Part shown: piece after piece, positions 17,333-26,397 of the stretch
Layout: every line of letters starts with the position of its first letter
Numbering within the stretch: position 1 is the stretch's first letter
From: Betaproteobacteria bacterium
GTDB taxonomy: Bacteria; Bacillota; SHA-98; UBA4971
NCBI GenBank assembly: GCA_050260395.1
Contig: JBLNCC010000076.1
Span: forward strand, 26,605-90,604
Reading direction: 5' to 3'
DNA length: 64,000 nucleotides
Notes under the pieces: generated by a model
Told to the model about the DNA's origin: nothing
Databases searched by the model: none
Seen by the model: the letters and a program-made list of their open reading frames with translations, nothing else
Position numbers and translations under genes: made by a program

Positions 17333-18091
17333 ATGGTAGACGCGGTGATCCTGGCGGGGGCGGACAACGATGGAAAGCTTGCAAGCTGTGATAGCGCGCG
17401 TTACGAGGCGCTCATCGACATAGCGGGAAAGCCGATGATCCATTACGTATTGCGCGCTGTCAAAGGGTGTTCGAGGATCGGTCGGGTCGTCGTGGTAGGT
17501 CCGAAGCAGGCTCTTCAGGAAGTCATATCGCCCAAAGAGGCCATTCTGGTGGAGCGAGCCGGCTCCATCGTCGAGAACCTTAACGCGGGCATCAAAGCTC
17601 TGGGGACGCGGGATAAGGTGCTCATCGTCACGGCGGACCTCCCCCTTCTCACGGCCGAGGCCCTGGACGACTTCTTCGAGAAAGCCGACGCGAACCCCGC
17701 GGAGATCCATTATCCGCTTCTCGGCAAGGAGACGAATGAGTCGAAGTTCCCAGGGATGAAGCGCACGTACCTCACCGTGGCCGAAGGGACGTTTACTGGC
17801 GGGAACGTGATCCTCGCTTCGCCTTCCGGGCTTGAGGCGTGCGGCAGGCTTCTGGAACAGGCCGTGGCCACGCGGAAGAAGCCATGGATGATGGCGGCCT
17901 TCCTCGGCCTCCGGTGCACCGTCAAGTTCATCCTGAAACGGCTGTCCATTCACGACGTTGAGAGGAGGCTCCAGGAGATCGCGGGCGTCAAGGGCGTGGC
18001 GATCATCTCGGAGTTTCCGGAGATCGCTGTGGACGTTGATAAGCCCAGCGATCTGGAGCTTGTCCGGAGGCTCGTGACCTCCCCGGCCTGA
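17333..18091 (+). CDS. MobA-like NTP-transferase family protein
   Basis: MVDAVILAGADNDGKL...IAGKPMIHYVL has the N-terminal nucleotide-binding pattern of NTP_transf_3. ATG 17333 follows GGAAAGGAGA. Confidence 0.65.
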   Translation: MVDAVILAGADNDGKLASCDSARYEALIDIAGKPMIHYVLRAVKGCSRIGRVVVVGPKQALQEVISPKEAILVERAGSIVENLNAGIKALGTRDKVLIVTADLPLLTAEALDDFFEKADANPAEIHYPLLGKETNESKFPGMKRTYLTVAEGTFTGGNVILASPSGLEACGRLLEQAVATRKKPWMMAAFLGLRCTVKFILKRLSIHDVERRLQEIAGVKGVAIISEFPEIAVDVDKPSDLELVRRLVTSPA

Positions 18092-18177
18092 GGGCTTTCT
18101 CCGCTCGCCTCCGTGGACCGCTAGGGGACAACCCCCGTCATCCGCCAAAATAGACGAGATCATTGATAGCCATAAGC

Positions 18178-18202
18178 AGGAATCTCTGGCAGCATGTGGA
18201 AT
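18178..18202 (+). promoter_or_regulatory. SigH-type promoter upstream of spoVG
   Basis: GCAGGAATC (AGGAATC at 18178..18184), 11 nt, then GTGGAAT (18196..18202). This fits RnAGGAwWW-N11-12-RnnGAAT. It lies 53 nt before the spoVG start. Confidence 0.55.
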
Positions 18203-18254
18203 CCTTCTATGCAACCCATGATAAGTACTTGCTTATGGAAGGCGGTGACCGGGA

Positions 18255-18530
18255 TTGAACATTACGGAAGTGAGAATCAGGCCGGTGAAGAGCGATGGGA
18301 AGACGCGGGCGATAGCGTCCATAACCTTCGACAACGCGTTCGTCGTCAAGGAACTCAAAATAGTCGAGGGGCCCACCGGTCTCTTCGTATCGATGCCGTG
18401 CCGCAAGGTGGGGACGAACGGTTACAGGGATATCGCGCACCCGATAACGAAGGAGGCGCGGGACGAGATCAACAAGGCAGTTATGGCGGCGTACCTGACC
18501 GAAACGGGCCTCCAGGCTGAGGCGAACTAG
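18255..18530 (+). CDS. spoVG: Septation/sporulation regulator SpoVG
   Basis: MNITEVRIRPVKSDGKTRAIASITFDNAFVVKELKIVEGPTGLFVSMPCRK...DIAHPITKEAR is near-canonical SpoVG. TTG start. Confidence 0.95.
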   Translation: MNITEVRIRPVKSDGKTRAIASITFDNAFVVKELKIVEGPTGLFVSMPCRKVGTNGYRDIAHPITKEARDEINKAVMAAYLTETGLQAEAN

Positions 18531-18606
18531 GCGCCGCACCCTTCGGGGATCACCAACTCGGGATGGCGCTCACCCCGCGGCCGGGGCCCGAGACCTCGCG
18601 TTCGTC

Positions 18607-18635
18607 TTGACGTCTCCTGCCTGGTTTGCTATACT
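18607..18635 (+). promoter_or_regulatory. Sigma-A-type promoter of tRNA-Gln
   Basis: TTGACG (18607..18612), a 17-nt spacer, then TATACT (18630..18635). It lies 47 nt upstream of the tRNA. Confidence 0.65.
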
Positions 18636-18682
18636 CGTGATACCGGGAAACGCAAGCGACTTGCGATTTTGCTGGTTCGCGC

Positions 18683-18757
18683 TGGGGCGTAGCCAAGCGG
18701 TAAGGCACGGGACTTTGGATCCTGCATCCGGAGGTTCGAATCCTCCCGCCCCAGCCA
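18683..18757 (+). tRNA. tRNA-Gln (anticodon UUG), CCA encoded
   Basis: Hand-folded cloverleaf. Acceptor TGGGGCG pairs with CGCCCCA. D arm is AGCCAAGCGGTAAGGCA. Anticodon stem CGGGA pairs with TCCTG, with loop CTTTGGA. T arm is GGAGG-TTCGAAT-CCTCC. Discriminator G plus CCA. Confidence 0.9.
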
Positions 18758-18793
18758 AGTCATGTACTCCTCCGGGTCCCTCTCATCACGTTG

Positions 18794-20227
18794 TTAGGTC
18801 CCGCTCCGCACATCTTTCATTTTCATTTCCTGTAGAAGACTCAAGAGGTTTTCCCGCGAATTGAGTTCCGGCTTGTCCAGCACGGCGTCGAGAAGCCTCG
18901 CAAGCGCCTTCCCGACCTCGGGGCCTTCAGGCACGCCGAGCACCCTCATGACATCGTGCCCGCTCACTGCGAGGTCGTGCACTGAAAGCGCCGGGCCCTC
19001 GGCCATCACCTCTTTCACCCTCGCGAGGAAGGCCGCCATGTTGCTGCCGGGCCCTGGCCCCGCACCGAACGCGGCCCTGTCGGCCTCGCGCAGTTTAGCG
19101 AGATCCCAGATGGTGTCGATGCCGAGGGCCGCGACGATACGGCGGATGCCTTTGTCTTTGGTGGCCGGGTCGTAGGCAAACATGTGCTTCTCAACGAGCA
19201 ACGCGACCTTTCGAACGAGCTCGCCCGGATACCGGAGTCTTTCAAGCGCTTGGCGCGCGAGCGAGGCGCCTACCTTGTCGTGGCCGAAGAACCTCAGAGC
19301 GCCGCCATGGTCCCGCGCCATGGTCAGGGGCTTTCCGATGTCGTGAAGGAGCGCCGCGAGACGCAGATGCAGAACGGGCTCTATGAGGTCGGTCACCTTG
19401 AGGCTGTGCTCGAACACGGTCTCGACGCAAGGTCCCGAGCGGGATCCCCCTCCTGCGGGCACGGCGAGGCAGGCCTCCAGCTCGGGGAGGATGTGTCGTA
19501 GGAGGCGCGTCCTTTCGGTAAGCCGCAAGGCGTTCCCGGCGTCCGTTGAGACGACCATCGCGGAGAGCTCGTCACGAATCCTCTCCCACGAGATTCTGGC
19601 GATGGATTCATGATTGTCCTCGATGGCCCCGAGAACCTCAGGGGCGACGGCGAACCCAAGCTCGGCCCCGAGTCGGATTGCCCGGAGCATCCTCAAAGCG
19701 TCCTCCCGGAAGCGGGCGTGGGGATTGCCGACGGTGCGGATGAGGCGCCCCTCGAGGTCTGCGAGGCCGTTGTAGCAATCGATGACGGCCCGGCGCTCGA
19801 CGTCGTACGCCATGGCGTTCACTGTGAAGTCGCGGCGGGCGAGGTCTTCTTCGATGTTGGACGAGAACACGACCAGGTCGGGCCTGCGCCCGTCGCTGTA
19901 CGCGCCGTCGCGGCGGAATGTCGTAACCTCAACCTCGTGCCGATCCGCAAGGACAGTGATGGTGCCGTAGCGCTTGCCTGTGGACACCGCGCTCCCTTTG
20001 AAGATATCCTCGACCTCGTCGGGGGTGGCGGATGTGCAGACGTCCCAGTCTTTCGGCGTCCTATTGAGGAGGGAGTCCCGCACGGCTCCGCCCACCACGT
20101 ATGCGCGATGGCCTCGCGCCTCCAGCTCCCGGACCACTCGAGCGACGTGCTCCGGCACCTCGATGTTCGTACTGACCACGTGTTCGCGGGGCTCGCGGCC
20201 CTCGCCGCCGAAATGCATCGTGACCAC
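18794..20227 (-). CDS. cca: CCA-adding tRNA nucleotidyltransferase with HD domain
   Basis: VVGGAVRDSLLNRTPKDWDV, RRDFTVNAMA, and the HD motif LLHDIGKP. Confidence 0.85.
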   Translation of the reverse strand: MVTMHFGGEGREPREHVVSTNIEVPEHVARVVRELEARGHRAYVVGGAVRDSLLNRTPKDWDVCTSATPDEVEDIFKGSAVSTGKRYGTITVLADRHEVEVTTFRRDGAYSDGRRPDLVVFSSNIEEDLARRDFTVNAMAYDVERRAVIDCYNGLADLEGRLIRTVGNPHARFREDALRMLRAIRLGAELGFAVAPEVLGAIEDNHESIARISWERIRDELSAMVVSTDAGNALRLTERTRLLRHILPELEACLAVPAGGGSRSGPCVETVFEHSLKVTDLIEPVLHLRLAALLHDIGKPLTMARDHGGALRFFGHDKVGASLARQALERLRYPGELVRKVALLVEKHMFAYDPATKDKGIRRIVAALGIDTIWDLAKLREADRAAFGAGPGPGSNMAAFLARVKEVMAEGPALSVHDLAVSGHDVMRVLGVPEGPEVGKALARLLDAVLDKPELNSRENLLSLLQEMKMKDVRSGT

Positions 20228-20486
20228 GAGACAGAGTCGCTCCCCTCGACGCGACCGCTAGGACCATCCCAAGTATACCCAGGCCTCTCAAGCTCCGTCA
20301 ACACGCTTCGTTAGCCCGCGCGACGTTCGGATTCCGGGGGCGGCACGCGGCACGGCAGGTGTGGCGAGGCTTGGGCTCGGGCCGGGAATAATACACTTGT
20401 ACGGTTGTCAATTCAGCGGCTGGCGAAGGACGATGGCCGTCCCTGGCATTGGTAAGGGCCGGCTGCGAACGGAGGAAGGTCGATCC

Positions 20487-21536
20487 ATGCACCGCCATTG
20501 GCTCACGCTAACGTTGGCGCTTGCCTTGACGCTTACGCTCGGCTGTCTCGTCGCGGCGCCCACCGGGCGATCGTCGGCAGCGCCTGAAACGCCGAAAGCG
20601 CAGGGCACGGCAAGGGAGCGGAATGAGATGGAAGAGACGCAAACCACACGCCAGGTGGAACGGGCGGAGGGAACCCCGTTTTACTCGTGTGCGTGCGAGC
20701 ACGACGAGATCATCCGAGCCGTGCGCCCGTACCCTTCGGGTGCCGATATCGCGGGCCTGCAGACATATCTTGCGAGCTTCGGGTTCGATCCGGGCCCTGT
20801 GGACGGGGTGTACGGGCCTCTGACCGCTGCGGCCGTGGCTGCGTTTCAGATGACCAGGGGCCTCGAGCCGGATGGCGTCCTCGGTCCACGAACCTGGATC
20901 GCCCTGGGAAGGACCGCCGCCTCTCCAGTGGCACGGGCACCCGTTCCTCCTCCACCGGGGCGTGTGGAGATCGTCATAGACACGGTGGACCGGACGCTCA
21001 CCGTGCTCTCCGACGGAAAACCGTACAGGCAGTTTCCTGTCGCGGTGGGCAAGCCGTCGACCCCTTCCCCGCAAGGGCAGTGGAAGGTCGTGTCGAAGGG
21101 CGCGTGGAGCGGCGGGTTCGGCACGAGGTGGATGGGCCTCGACGTGCCATGGGGCAAGTACGGCGTCCACGGCACCAACAAGCCATGGTACATCGGCGAC
21201 GCGGTGAGCGGCGGATGCATCAGGATGTTCAATCATGATGTGGAACTCATTTTCGACTGGGTCCAAATCGGCACGCCGGTCGTGATATGTGGAAACCCGT
21301 TTGGGCCCCTCCGTAACCCCCGGCGCGAGCTCGGCCCTGGAGAGCGGGGAACGGACGTGCTAGCGGCGCAGAGGCGCCTGCGGATGCTGGGGTTCGATCC
21401 GGGGCCTGAAAACGGAATGTACGAGCAGCCCACCGTAAACGCGGTGAAGGCGTTCCAGCACTCAAGAGGCTTGCGCGTGACGGGGGTGGTGACCCCGGAC
21501 ACCTACGACGCTCTCGGGCTCTATCTCTTTGAGTGA
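20487..21536 (+). CDS. L,D-transpeptidase lipoprotein with two PG_binding_1 domains
   Basis: Start ATG 20487 follows GGAGGAAGG. The signal and lipobox are LALALTLTLGC. Two repeats are present: LQTYLASFGFDPGPVDGVYGPLT and AQRRLRMLGFDPGPENGMYEQPT. The YkuD catalytic block is YGVHGTNKPWYIGDAVSGGCIRM. Confidence 0.88.
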   Translation: MHRHWLTLTLALALTLTLGCLVAAPTGRSSAAPETPKAQGTARERNEMEETQTTRQVERAEGTPFYSCACEHDEIIRAVRPYPSGADIAGLQTYLASFGFDPGPVDGVYGPLTAAAVAAFQMTRGLEPDGVLGPRTWIALGRTAASPVARAPVPPPPGRVEIVIDTVDRTLTVLSDGKPYRQFPVAVGKPSTPSPQGQWKVVSKGAWSGGFGTRWMGLDVPWGKYGVHGTNKPWYIGDAVSGGCIRMFNHDVELIFDWVQIGTPVVICGNPFGPLRNPRRELGPGERGTDVLAAQRRLRMLGFDPGPENGMYEQPTVNAVKAFQHSRGLRVTGVVTPDTYDALGLYLFE

Positions 21537-21704
21537 GCCGGGGAGAGGCGGCCTCCCGCGTCGTGATGATATGCCGCACAAGCGCGAGAACCAGCAAGTG
21601 AGTGCAAAGGGATACGCATGGTTGCGTTTCTGCACGCATAGTCGTGCTGTGAGCGCGCATCCGGCTCCAAATCGAAGTTCTTCGAGATTTTCCACATTGT
21701 ATCC

Positions 21705-21733
21705 TTGAATTCCGCCCAGAACTGTTATAGAAT
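21705..21733 (+). promoter_or_regulatory. Sigma-A-type promoter of the AbrB-like gene
   Basis: TTGAAT (21705..21710), a 17-nt spacer, then TAGAAT (21728..21733), within TATAGAAT. Confidence 0.55.
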
Positions 21734-21781
21734 GGGAATGGGAACTCGTGCCATAAGCGGGCGGGGAAGGAGGGACAGGAG

Positions 21782-21967
21782 TTGAGTGAGAATGGGTTGC
21801 GGGTGGTCACGAACGTCTTGCCGGGGGGCACTATCGCCCTGCCGGAGGAGGTACGGAGGCGTCTTGGGCTCCAGCCCTTCGACGACCTGGCTTTCACAGT
21901 TGAGAACGGAGTAATCGTCGCCGCTAAGGTCAAGGAGATGTGCGGGCAGTACGGCACGAACAACTGA
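21782..21967 (+). CDS. AbrB/MazE/SpoVT-family DNA-binding protein (61 aa)
   Basis: The TTG start follows GGAAGGAGGGACAGGAG. GGTIALPEEVRRRLGLQPFDDLAFTVENGVIVA is the swapped-hairpin SpoVT-AbrB domain pattern. Confidence 0.7.
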   Translation: MSENGLRVVTNVLPGGTIALPEEVRRRLGLQPFDDLAFTVENGVIVAAKVKEMCGQYGTNN

Positions 21968-22010
21968 TCAGTGTGTCTTAGTTCCTTTCTTCCGTGAGTT
22001 GCTGTTTCCA

Positions 22011-22051
22011 GGCGAGGGGGGTGGATGCCGACTCCTCTCGCCGCGTTTTAT
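22011..22051 (+). terminator. Rho-independent-type terminator after the AbrB-like gene
   Basis: GGCGAGGGG (22011..) pairs with CCTCTCGCC (22034..22042) with one mismatch, followed by GCGTTTTAT. Confidence 0.55.
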
Positions 22052-22135
22052 GTGCCGGTTCGGGAGGAAACCTTGTATTAGCGTTGAATATGTCTGCGGA
22101 CTATACCCGGCTGAATTACCTTCGGGGGAGTGATT

Positions 22136-23551
22136 ATGGAGAGATTCGTCGCAATCGTGCTTGCCGCCGGCCTCGGAACCCGGATGAGATCGCGGGTTCC
22201 AAAAGTGATGCACGAGATATGCGGACGCCCCATGCTGTCGTACGTGCTCGACGCGGTGGAGGCCGCCGGAGCTACGAGGGTCATAGTTGTGGTCGGTCAC
22301 GGGGCCGATCTTGTGAAACAAACCGTGGGCTCGCGGGGGGAGTGTGTCCTCCAGGCCGAACAGCTCGGCACCGGGCACGCAGTCATGGCTGCGAGGAGCG
22401 CCCTTGGCGACTATGACGGCACCGTCGCGGTCGTTGCAGGTGACGCGGCTTTCCTTAGCGGGGATGACCTTGCCGCGCTCGTGCGCAAGCACAACGAGAG
22501 CGGGGCGGCAGCGACCGTGCTCTCCGCGGTGCTCGACGATCCCACCGGATACGGCCGGATCGTGCGGGGCGCGCGTGGCGAGATAGTGAGGGTCGTCGAG
22601 GAGAAAGACGCGTCGTCCGACGAAGCGGCGATCACCGAGGTCAACAGCTCCATCTACTGTTTTTCGGCGCCCGCTCTTTTCGACGCGCTCCGCGATGTGG
22701 CCCCCGACAACGCTCAGCGCGAGTACTACCTCACCGACGTGATCGGCATCATGATAGGAAAAGGCCTTCGCGTGGAGGTTGTGAAGGCCCGCGACCCTCT
22801 CTCGGCTCGCGGCATAAACACGCGGGTGCAGCTCGCCGAGGCGGAGCGCATATTCCGCGACCGGGTGCGCGAGCATGTCATGCTGGAAGGCGCGACGCTC
22901 GTAGACCCGCCGTCGACGTTCATCGATGCCGACGTGAGGGTGGGGCGGGACACCGTCATCCTTCCGTTCACGTTTCTGCATGGCAAGACGGTCATCGGCG
23001 AGGGATGCACCATCGGCCCGTTTGTGCGGATGGTGGACACCCAGGTGGCTGACGGGGCTTCCGTGTCGAACGCGGTGGTCGTCGAGTCCGTCATAGGGCC
23101 GGGTGCGACGGTGGGACCGTACAGCTACATACGTCCCGGGACCGTGCTCCAGGAGAAGGCGAAGGTCGGCACATTCGTGGAGATCAAGAAGTCCACCATA
23201 GGGAAAGGCAGCAAGGTGCCTCACCAGACGTACCTCGGGGATGCCACCGTCGGTGAAGGGGTTAACATCGGCGCGGGCACCATCACTTGTAACTACGACG
23301 GTTGGCAGAAGCATCCCACGATAATCGAAGACGGGGTGTTCATCGGCAGCAACTCGAATCTCGTGGCTCCTGTCAAGATCGCGAGGGGTGCGTACGTCGC
23401 TGCGGGGTCCACCATTACAAGGGATGTCCCGGAAGGCGCGCTTGGCATCGCGCGCGGCCTGCAGAAAGAGATCCCGGGCTGGGTACAAAAGCGCCTCGAA
23501 CGGCGGAAGAACACATTCAGAAGGGAGTCAGGAGGTTTGCATGATGAGTGA
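22136..23551 (+). CDS. glmU: Bifunctional UDP-N-acetylglucosamine pyrophosphorylase / glucosamine-1-phosphate N-acetyltransferase
   Basis: VAIVLAAGLGTRMRSRVPKVMHEICGRPM and C-terminal left-handed beta-helix hexapeptide repeats. ATG 22136 follows GGGGGAG. Confidence 0.96.
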   Translation: MERFVAIVLAAGLGTRMRSRVPKVMHEICGRPMLSYVLDAVEAAGATRVIVVVGHGADLVKQTVGSRGECVLQAEQLGTGHAVMAARSALGDYDGTVAVVAGDAAFLSGDDLAALVRKHNESGAAATVLSAVLDDPTGYGRIVRGARGEIVRVVEEKDASSDEAAITEVNSSIYCFSAPALFDALRDVAPDNAQREYYLTDVIGIMIGKGLRVEVVKARDPLSARGINTRVQLAEAERIFRDRVREHVMLEGATLVDPPSTFIDADVRVGRDTVILPFTFLHGKTVIGEGCTIGPFVRMVDTQVADGASVSNAVVVESVIGPGATVGPYSYIRPGTVLQEKAKVGTFVEIKKSTIGKGSKVPHQTYLGDATVGEGVNIGAGTITCNYDGWQKHPTIIEDGVFIGSNSNLVAPVKIARGAYVAAGSTITRDVPEGALGIARGLQKEIPGWVQKRLERRKNTFRRESGGLHDE

Positions 23552-24518
23552 GCTAGGCGGAATCCACATGATGCTTCCGTCCTACAAGAAAATGAAGATT
23601 TTCACGGGGCGTGCTCACCCCGCTCTCGCGGAGGCGATAGCGGCCCACCTCGGGGTAGGCCTCGCAGCCATGAAGGTGGACCGGTTCCGTGACGGCGAGA
23701 TAAGGGTGGCGATAGAGGAAAGCGTCCGGGGCACGGACGTCTTTGTGGTCCAGCCCACCTGCCCGCCTGTCAACGAAAACCTGATGGAGCTCCTCATAAT
23801 CGTCGATGCGATGCGGCGTGCTTCGGCCAAGACGGTCACCGCCGTGATCCCATATTATGGTTACGCGAGGCAGGACAGGAAGACGAAGGCCCGGGATCCG
23901 ATAACCGCCAAGCTTGTGGCGAACCTGCTGGTTACGGCGGGATGCGACAGGATGCTCACGGTGGACCTCCATGCAGGCCAGGTCCAAGGGTTCTTCGACA
24001 TCCCGGTGGACCCGCTTCTCGCCATGCCGATCCTGGCCAAGTACATCGAGGAAGCCGGGCTTGCCGACTGCGTGGTCGCGTCGCCCGACATCGGAGGGGT
24101 GGCGAGGGCGCGCGCAATGGCCGGGAAGCTTGGCGCGGACCTTGTAGTCATCGACAAGAGGCGGCCCGAGCCGAACGTGTCCGAAGTAATGAACATCATC
24201 GGGGATGTAAAAGGGAGAACGGTCATCCTCATTGATGATATAATAGACACCGGCGGTACGATAGTGCAGGCAGCCGACGCTCTCTACGACGCGGGGGCTC
24301 GCGAGGTTTACGCGGCCTGCACCCACGCGCTCCTGTCGGGGCCCGCCCGGGATATCCTGACGGCGTCGGGTATCAAGAAAACCATTGTGACGGACACGAT
24401 ACCCATCGACCCGAGCAGGCGCCCGGAGCGGATGGAGGTGCTCTCGGTCGCGCCCCTGTTGGCCGAGGCCATCCGCCGCATTTACGAGGAGCTTTCGGTG
24501 TCGATCCTGTTCGACTAG
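23541..24518 (+). CDS. prs: Ribose-phosphate pyrophosphokinase
   Basis: ATG 23541 follows AGGAGG and overlaps the glmU end by 11 nt. Motifs are DRFRDGE, VDLHAGQVQGFF and ILIDDIIDTGGT. Confidence 0.96.
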   Translation: MMSELGGIHMMLPSYKKMKIFTGRAHPALAEAIAAHLGVGLAAMKVDRFRDGEIRVAIEESVRGTDVFVVQPTCPPVNENLMELLIIVDAMRRASAKTVTAVIPYYGYARQDRKTKARDPITAKLVANLLVTAGCDRMLTVDLHAGQVQGFFDIPVDPLLAMPILAKYIEEAGLADCVVASPDIGGVARARAMAGKLGADLVVIDKRRPEPNVSEVMNIIGDVKGRTVILIDDIIDTGGTIVQAADALYDAGAREVYAACTHALLSGPARDILTASGIKKTIVTDTIPIDPSRRPERMEVLSVAPLLAEAIRRIYEELSVSILFD

Positions 24519-24551
24519 GTGAAGGAAGAGTTCGGAAGGAGCGGTTACGAC

Positions 24552-25220
24552 GTGAAAGAAGTAGTTGTGAGAGCAGACCTGCGACGTGAGACCGGCAAGG
24601 GCGCGGCGCGCAAGGCGCGTGCCAGGGGTGAGGTGCCGGCGGTAATATACGGAAAAGAAAAGGGCTCGACTCCCATCACCCTGAACGAACGCGAGTTTCA
24701 CAGGGCCGTGCAGGCGGGTCTTGGCGCCGGCAAGCTGGTCAAGCTGGTCATCGGCGCCGACGGGAACGGCGGTGTCGAGAAGACCGCTGTGCTCAAAGAT
24801 ATTCAGCGGGATTTCATAAAAGGTGACGTCATCCACGCAGACTTCCAGGAGGTGTCCCTCACCGAAGCCATAACCGCTACGATCCCGGTGGTGCTTGTGG
24901 GCGAGGACAAGCGCCCGAACGACGGCGGCGTGCTGGAGCACCTGCTTTGGCAGATCCAGCTTCACGCTTTGCCGACCGAGATGCCTGACAGGATCGAGGT
25001 CGATGTGTCCGGTCTGAAGATCGGGGACTCCATTAAAGTGGCCGATCTCAAGCTGCCCAATGGCGTTCGCGCCCTTGCGCACGGGGAAGAGGCTGTGGTG
25101 GCCGTGGCGGCGCCCACAAAGGCGGCGGAGGAGAAGCCTGCGGCTGAGACCGGCGAGGCGGCTGGTGCCGGCGGGGCTGGCGGGGCCGGCGCGCCTGGCG
25201 CGACCGGCGAGGCAAGCTGA
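24552..25220 (+). CDS. ctc: Ribosomal protein L25, Ctc form
   Basis: RETGKGAARKARARGEVPAVIYGK plus the Ctc C-terminal domain. It ends in an Ala/Gly/Glu-rich tail. GTG 24552 follows GGAAGGAG; the track start is 24519. Confidence 0.88.
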   Translation: MKEVVVRADLRRETGKGAARKARARGEVPAVIYGKEKGSTPITLNEREFHRAVQAGLGAGKLVKLVIGADGNGGVEKTAVLKDIQRDFIKGDVIHADFQEVSLTEAITATIPVVLVGEDKRPNDGGVLEHLLWQIQLHALPTEMPDRIEVDVSGLKIGDSIKVADLKLPNGVRALAHGEEAVVAVAAPTKAAEEKPAAETGEAAGAGGAGGAGAPGATGEAS

Positions 25221-25242
25221 GGGGAAAAGGCGGAGCAGGCTC

Positions 25243-25803
25243 GTGAAGCTTGTTGTCGGGCTCGGCAACCCGGGCAGCGAGTACGAGGGGTCCAGGCATA
25301 ACGCCGGTTTCATGGTGATCGACCTCCTTGCAAGGAGGAAAGGCATCAGGGTCGCGCAGAGGCGATTCCACGCGCTCCTGGGGCAGGGAGAGATCTCCGG
25401 CGAAGAGGTGCTCCTCGCCAAGCCCATTACTTATATGAATCGCAGCGGCTATGCCGTCCGGGCCATCGCGGGTTGGTACGGGATCGGGCTTCCCGATATC
25501 CTGGTCGTTGTGGACGACATGGCGTTGGATCCGGGCCGTATACGCGTGCGGCCCAAAGGCAGCGACGGGGGGCACAACGGCCTGAAATCGATAATCGCCC
25601 TTCTTGGCAGCGAGGAGTTTCCGAGGCTAAGGGTGGGCATCGGGAAGCCGGGCCCTGCCGACGACGCCGTGAGCCATGTGCTTGGGCGGTTCACCCGCGA
25701 TGAGCTTCCCACGATCTCAGAAGCGTTCGGCAGGGCCGCCGACGCCGTGGAAGTCTGGATCGGCTCTGGGATCGACGAGGCCATGAACAGGTTCAACGGA
25801 TGA
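25243..25803 (+). CDS. pth: Peptidyl-tRNA hydrolase
   Basis: VKLVVGLGNPGSEYEGSRHNAGFMVID and GGHNGLKSI. The GTG at 25243 lies within track ORF 25060..25803. Confidence 0.95.
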   Translation: MKLVVGLGNPGSEYEGSRHNAGFMVIDLLARRKGIRVAQRRFHALLGQGEISGEEVLLAKPITYMNRSGYAVRAIAGWYGIGLPDILVVVDDMALDPGRIRVRPKGSDGGHNGLKSIIALLGSEEFPRLRVGIGKPGPADDAVSHVLGRFTRDELPTISEAFGRAADAVEVWIGSGIDEAMNRFNG

Positions 25804-25867
25804 TGGATGATGCCTGCCGCACGGCGGGTGAGGGAATCTCTGCTGCTCGATGGTGGTGGGGCAACGC

Positions 25868-26245
25868 ATGTCCGTCATTGAGAAGGCGAAAGAGCTCGCG
25901 GATGCGCTCAAGCAGTGTCCGGAGTTCGTGCGGGTGCGAAACGCCAGGAACGAGATAGAGTCTCACGAGGCCGCGAGGATCATGTTCCGGGACTTCGAGA
26001 AAATGAGACGGGATATCGAGGCGCTCGCCCGGAAGGGGGAGCAGGTTCCGCAGGAGAAGCTAGACGCGTTCAACCGATCTCTCGAGATTATCTCGTATAA
26101 TCCCTACATAAGGGAATTCCTGGATGCAGAGGTCGCGTTCGCCAAACTGTTCGCCGAGGTCCAAGAGACCATCGTACGCCCACTCGGAGACCTGAACCCT
26201 GATGCCGCAAGCCCGTCTCAGCCGGCTGGGGAGGCGCAGGGCTAA
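25868..26245 (+). CDS. YlbF/YmcA-family (UPF0342) regulatory protein
   Basis: MSVIEKAKELADALKQCPEFVRVRNARNEIESHEAARIMFRDFEKM... is an all-helical protein with the typical YlbF/YheA N-terminal pattern. Confidence 0.65.
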   Translation: MSVIEKAKELADALKQCPEFVRVRNARNEIESHEAARIMFRDFEKMRRDIEALARKGEQVPQEKLDAFNRSLEIISYNPYIREFLDAEVAFAKLFAEVQETIVRPLGDLNPDAASPSQPAGEAQG

Positions 26246-26274
26246 AATGAGAGCCCGCGCGGCCCGGCCATACC

Positions 26275-26300
26275 TCAGACATAACCGTCAGACATAACCG
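26275..26300. repeat. Exact 13-nt tandem duplication
   Basis: TCAGACATAACCG occurs twice: 26275..26287 and 26288..26300. Confidence 0.9.
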
Positions 26301-26397
26301 CAGGTCGAAGCCTACCCATGTTCTTTCCCGCCGCTTTTGAAGCACTTTCTTGAAGCTTGCAATACGAAGCATAAAGGAAGAGTAGGGGCGTTCGCCC

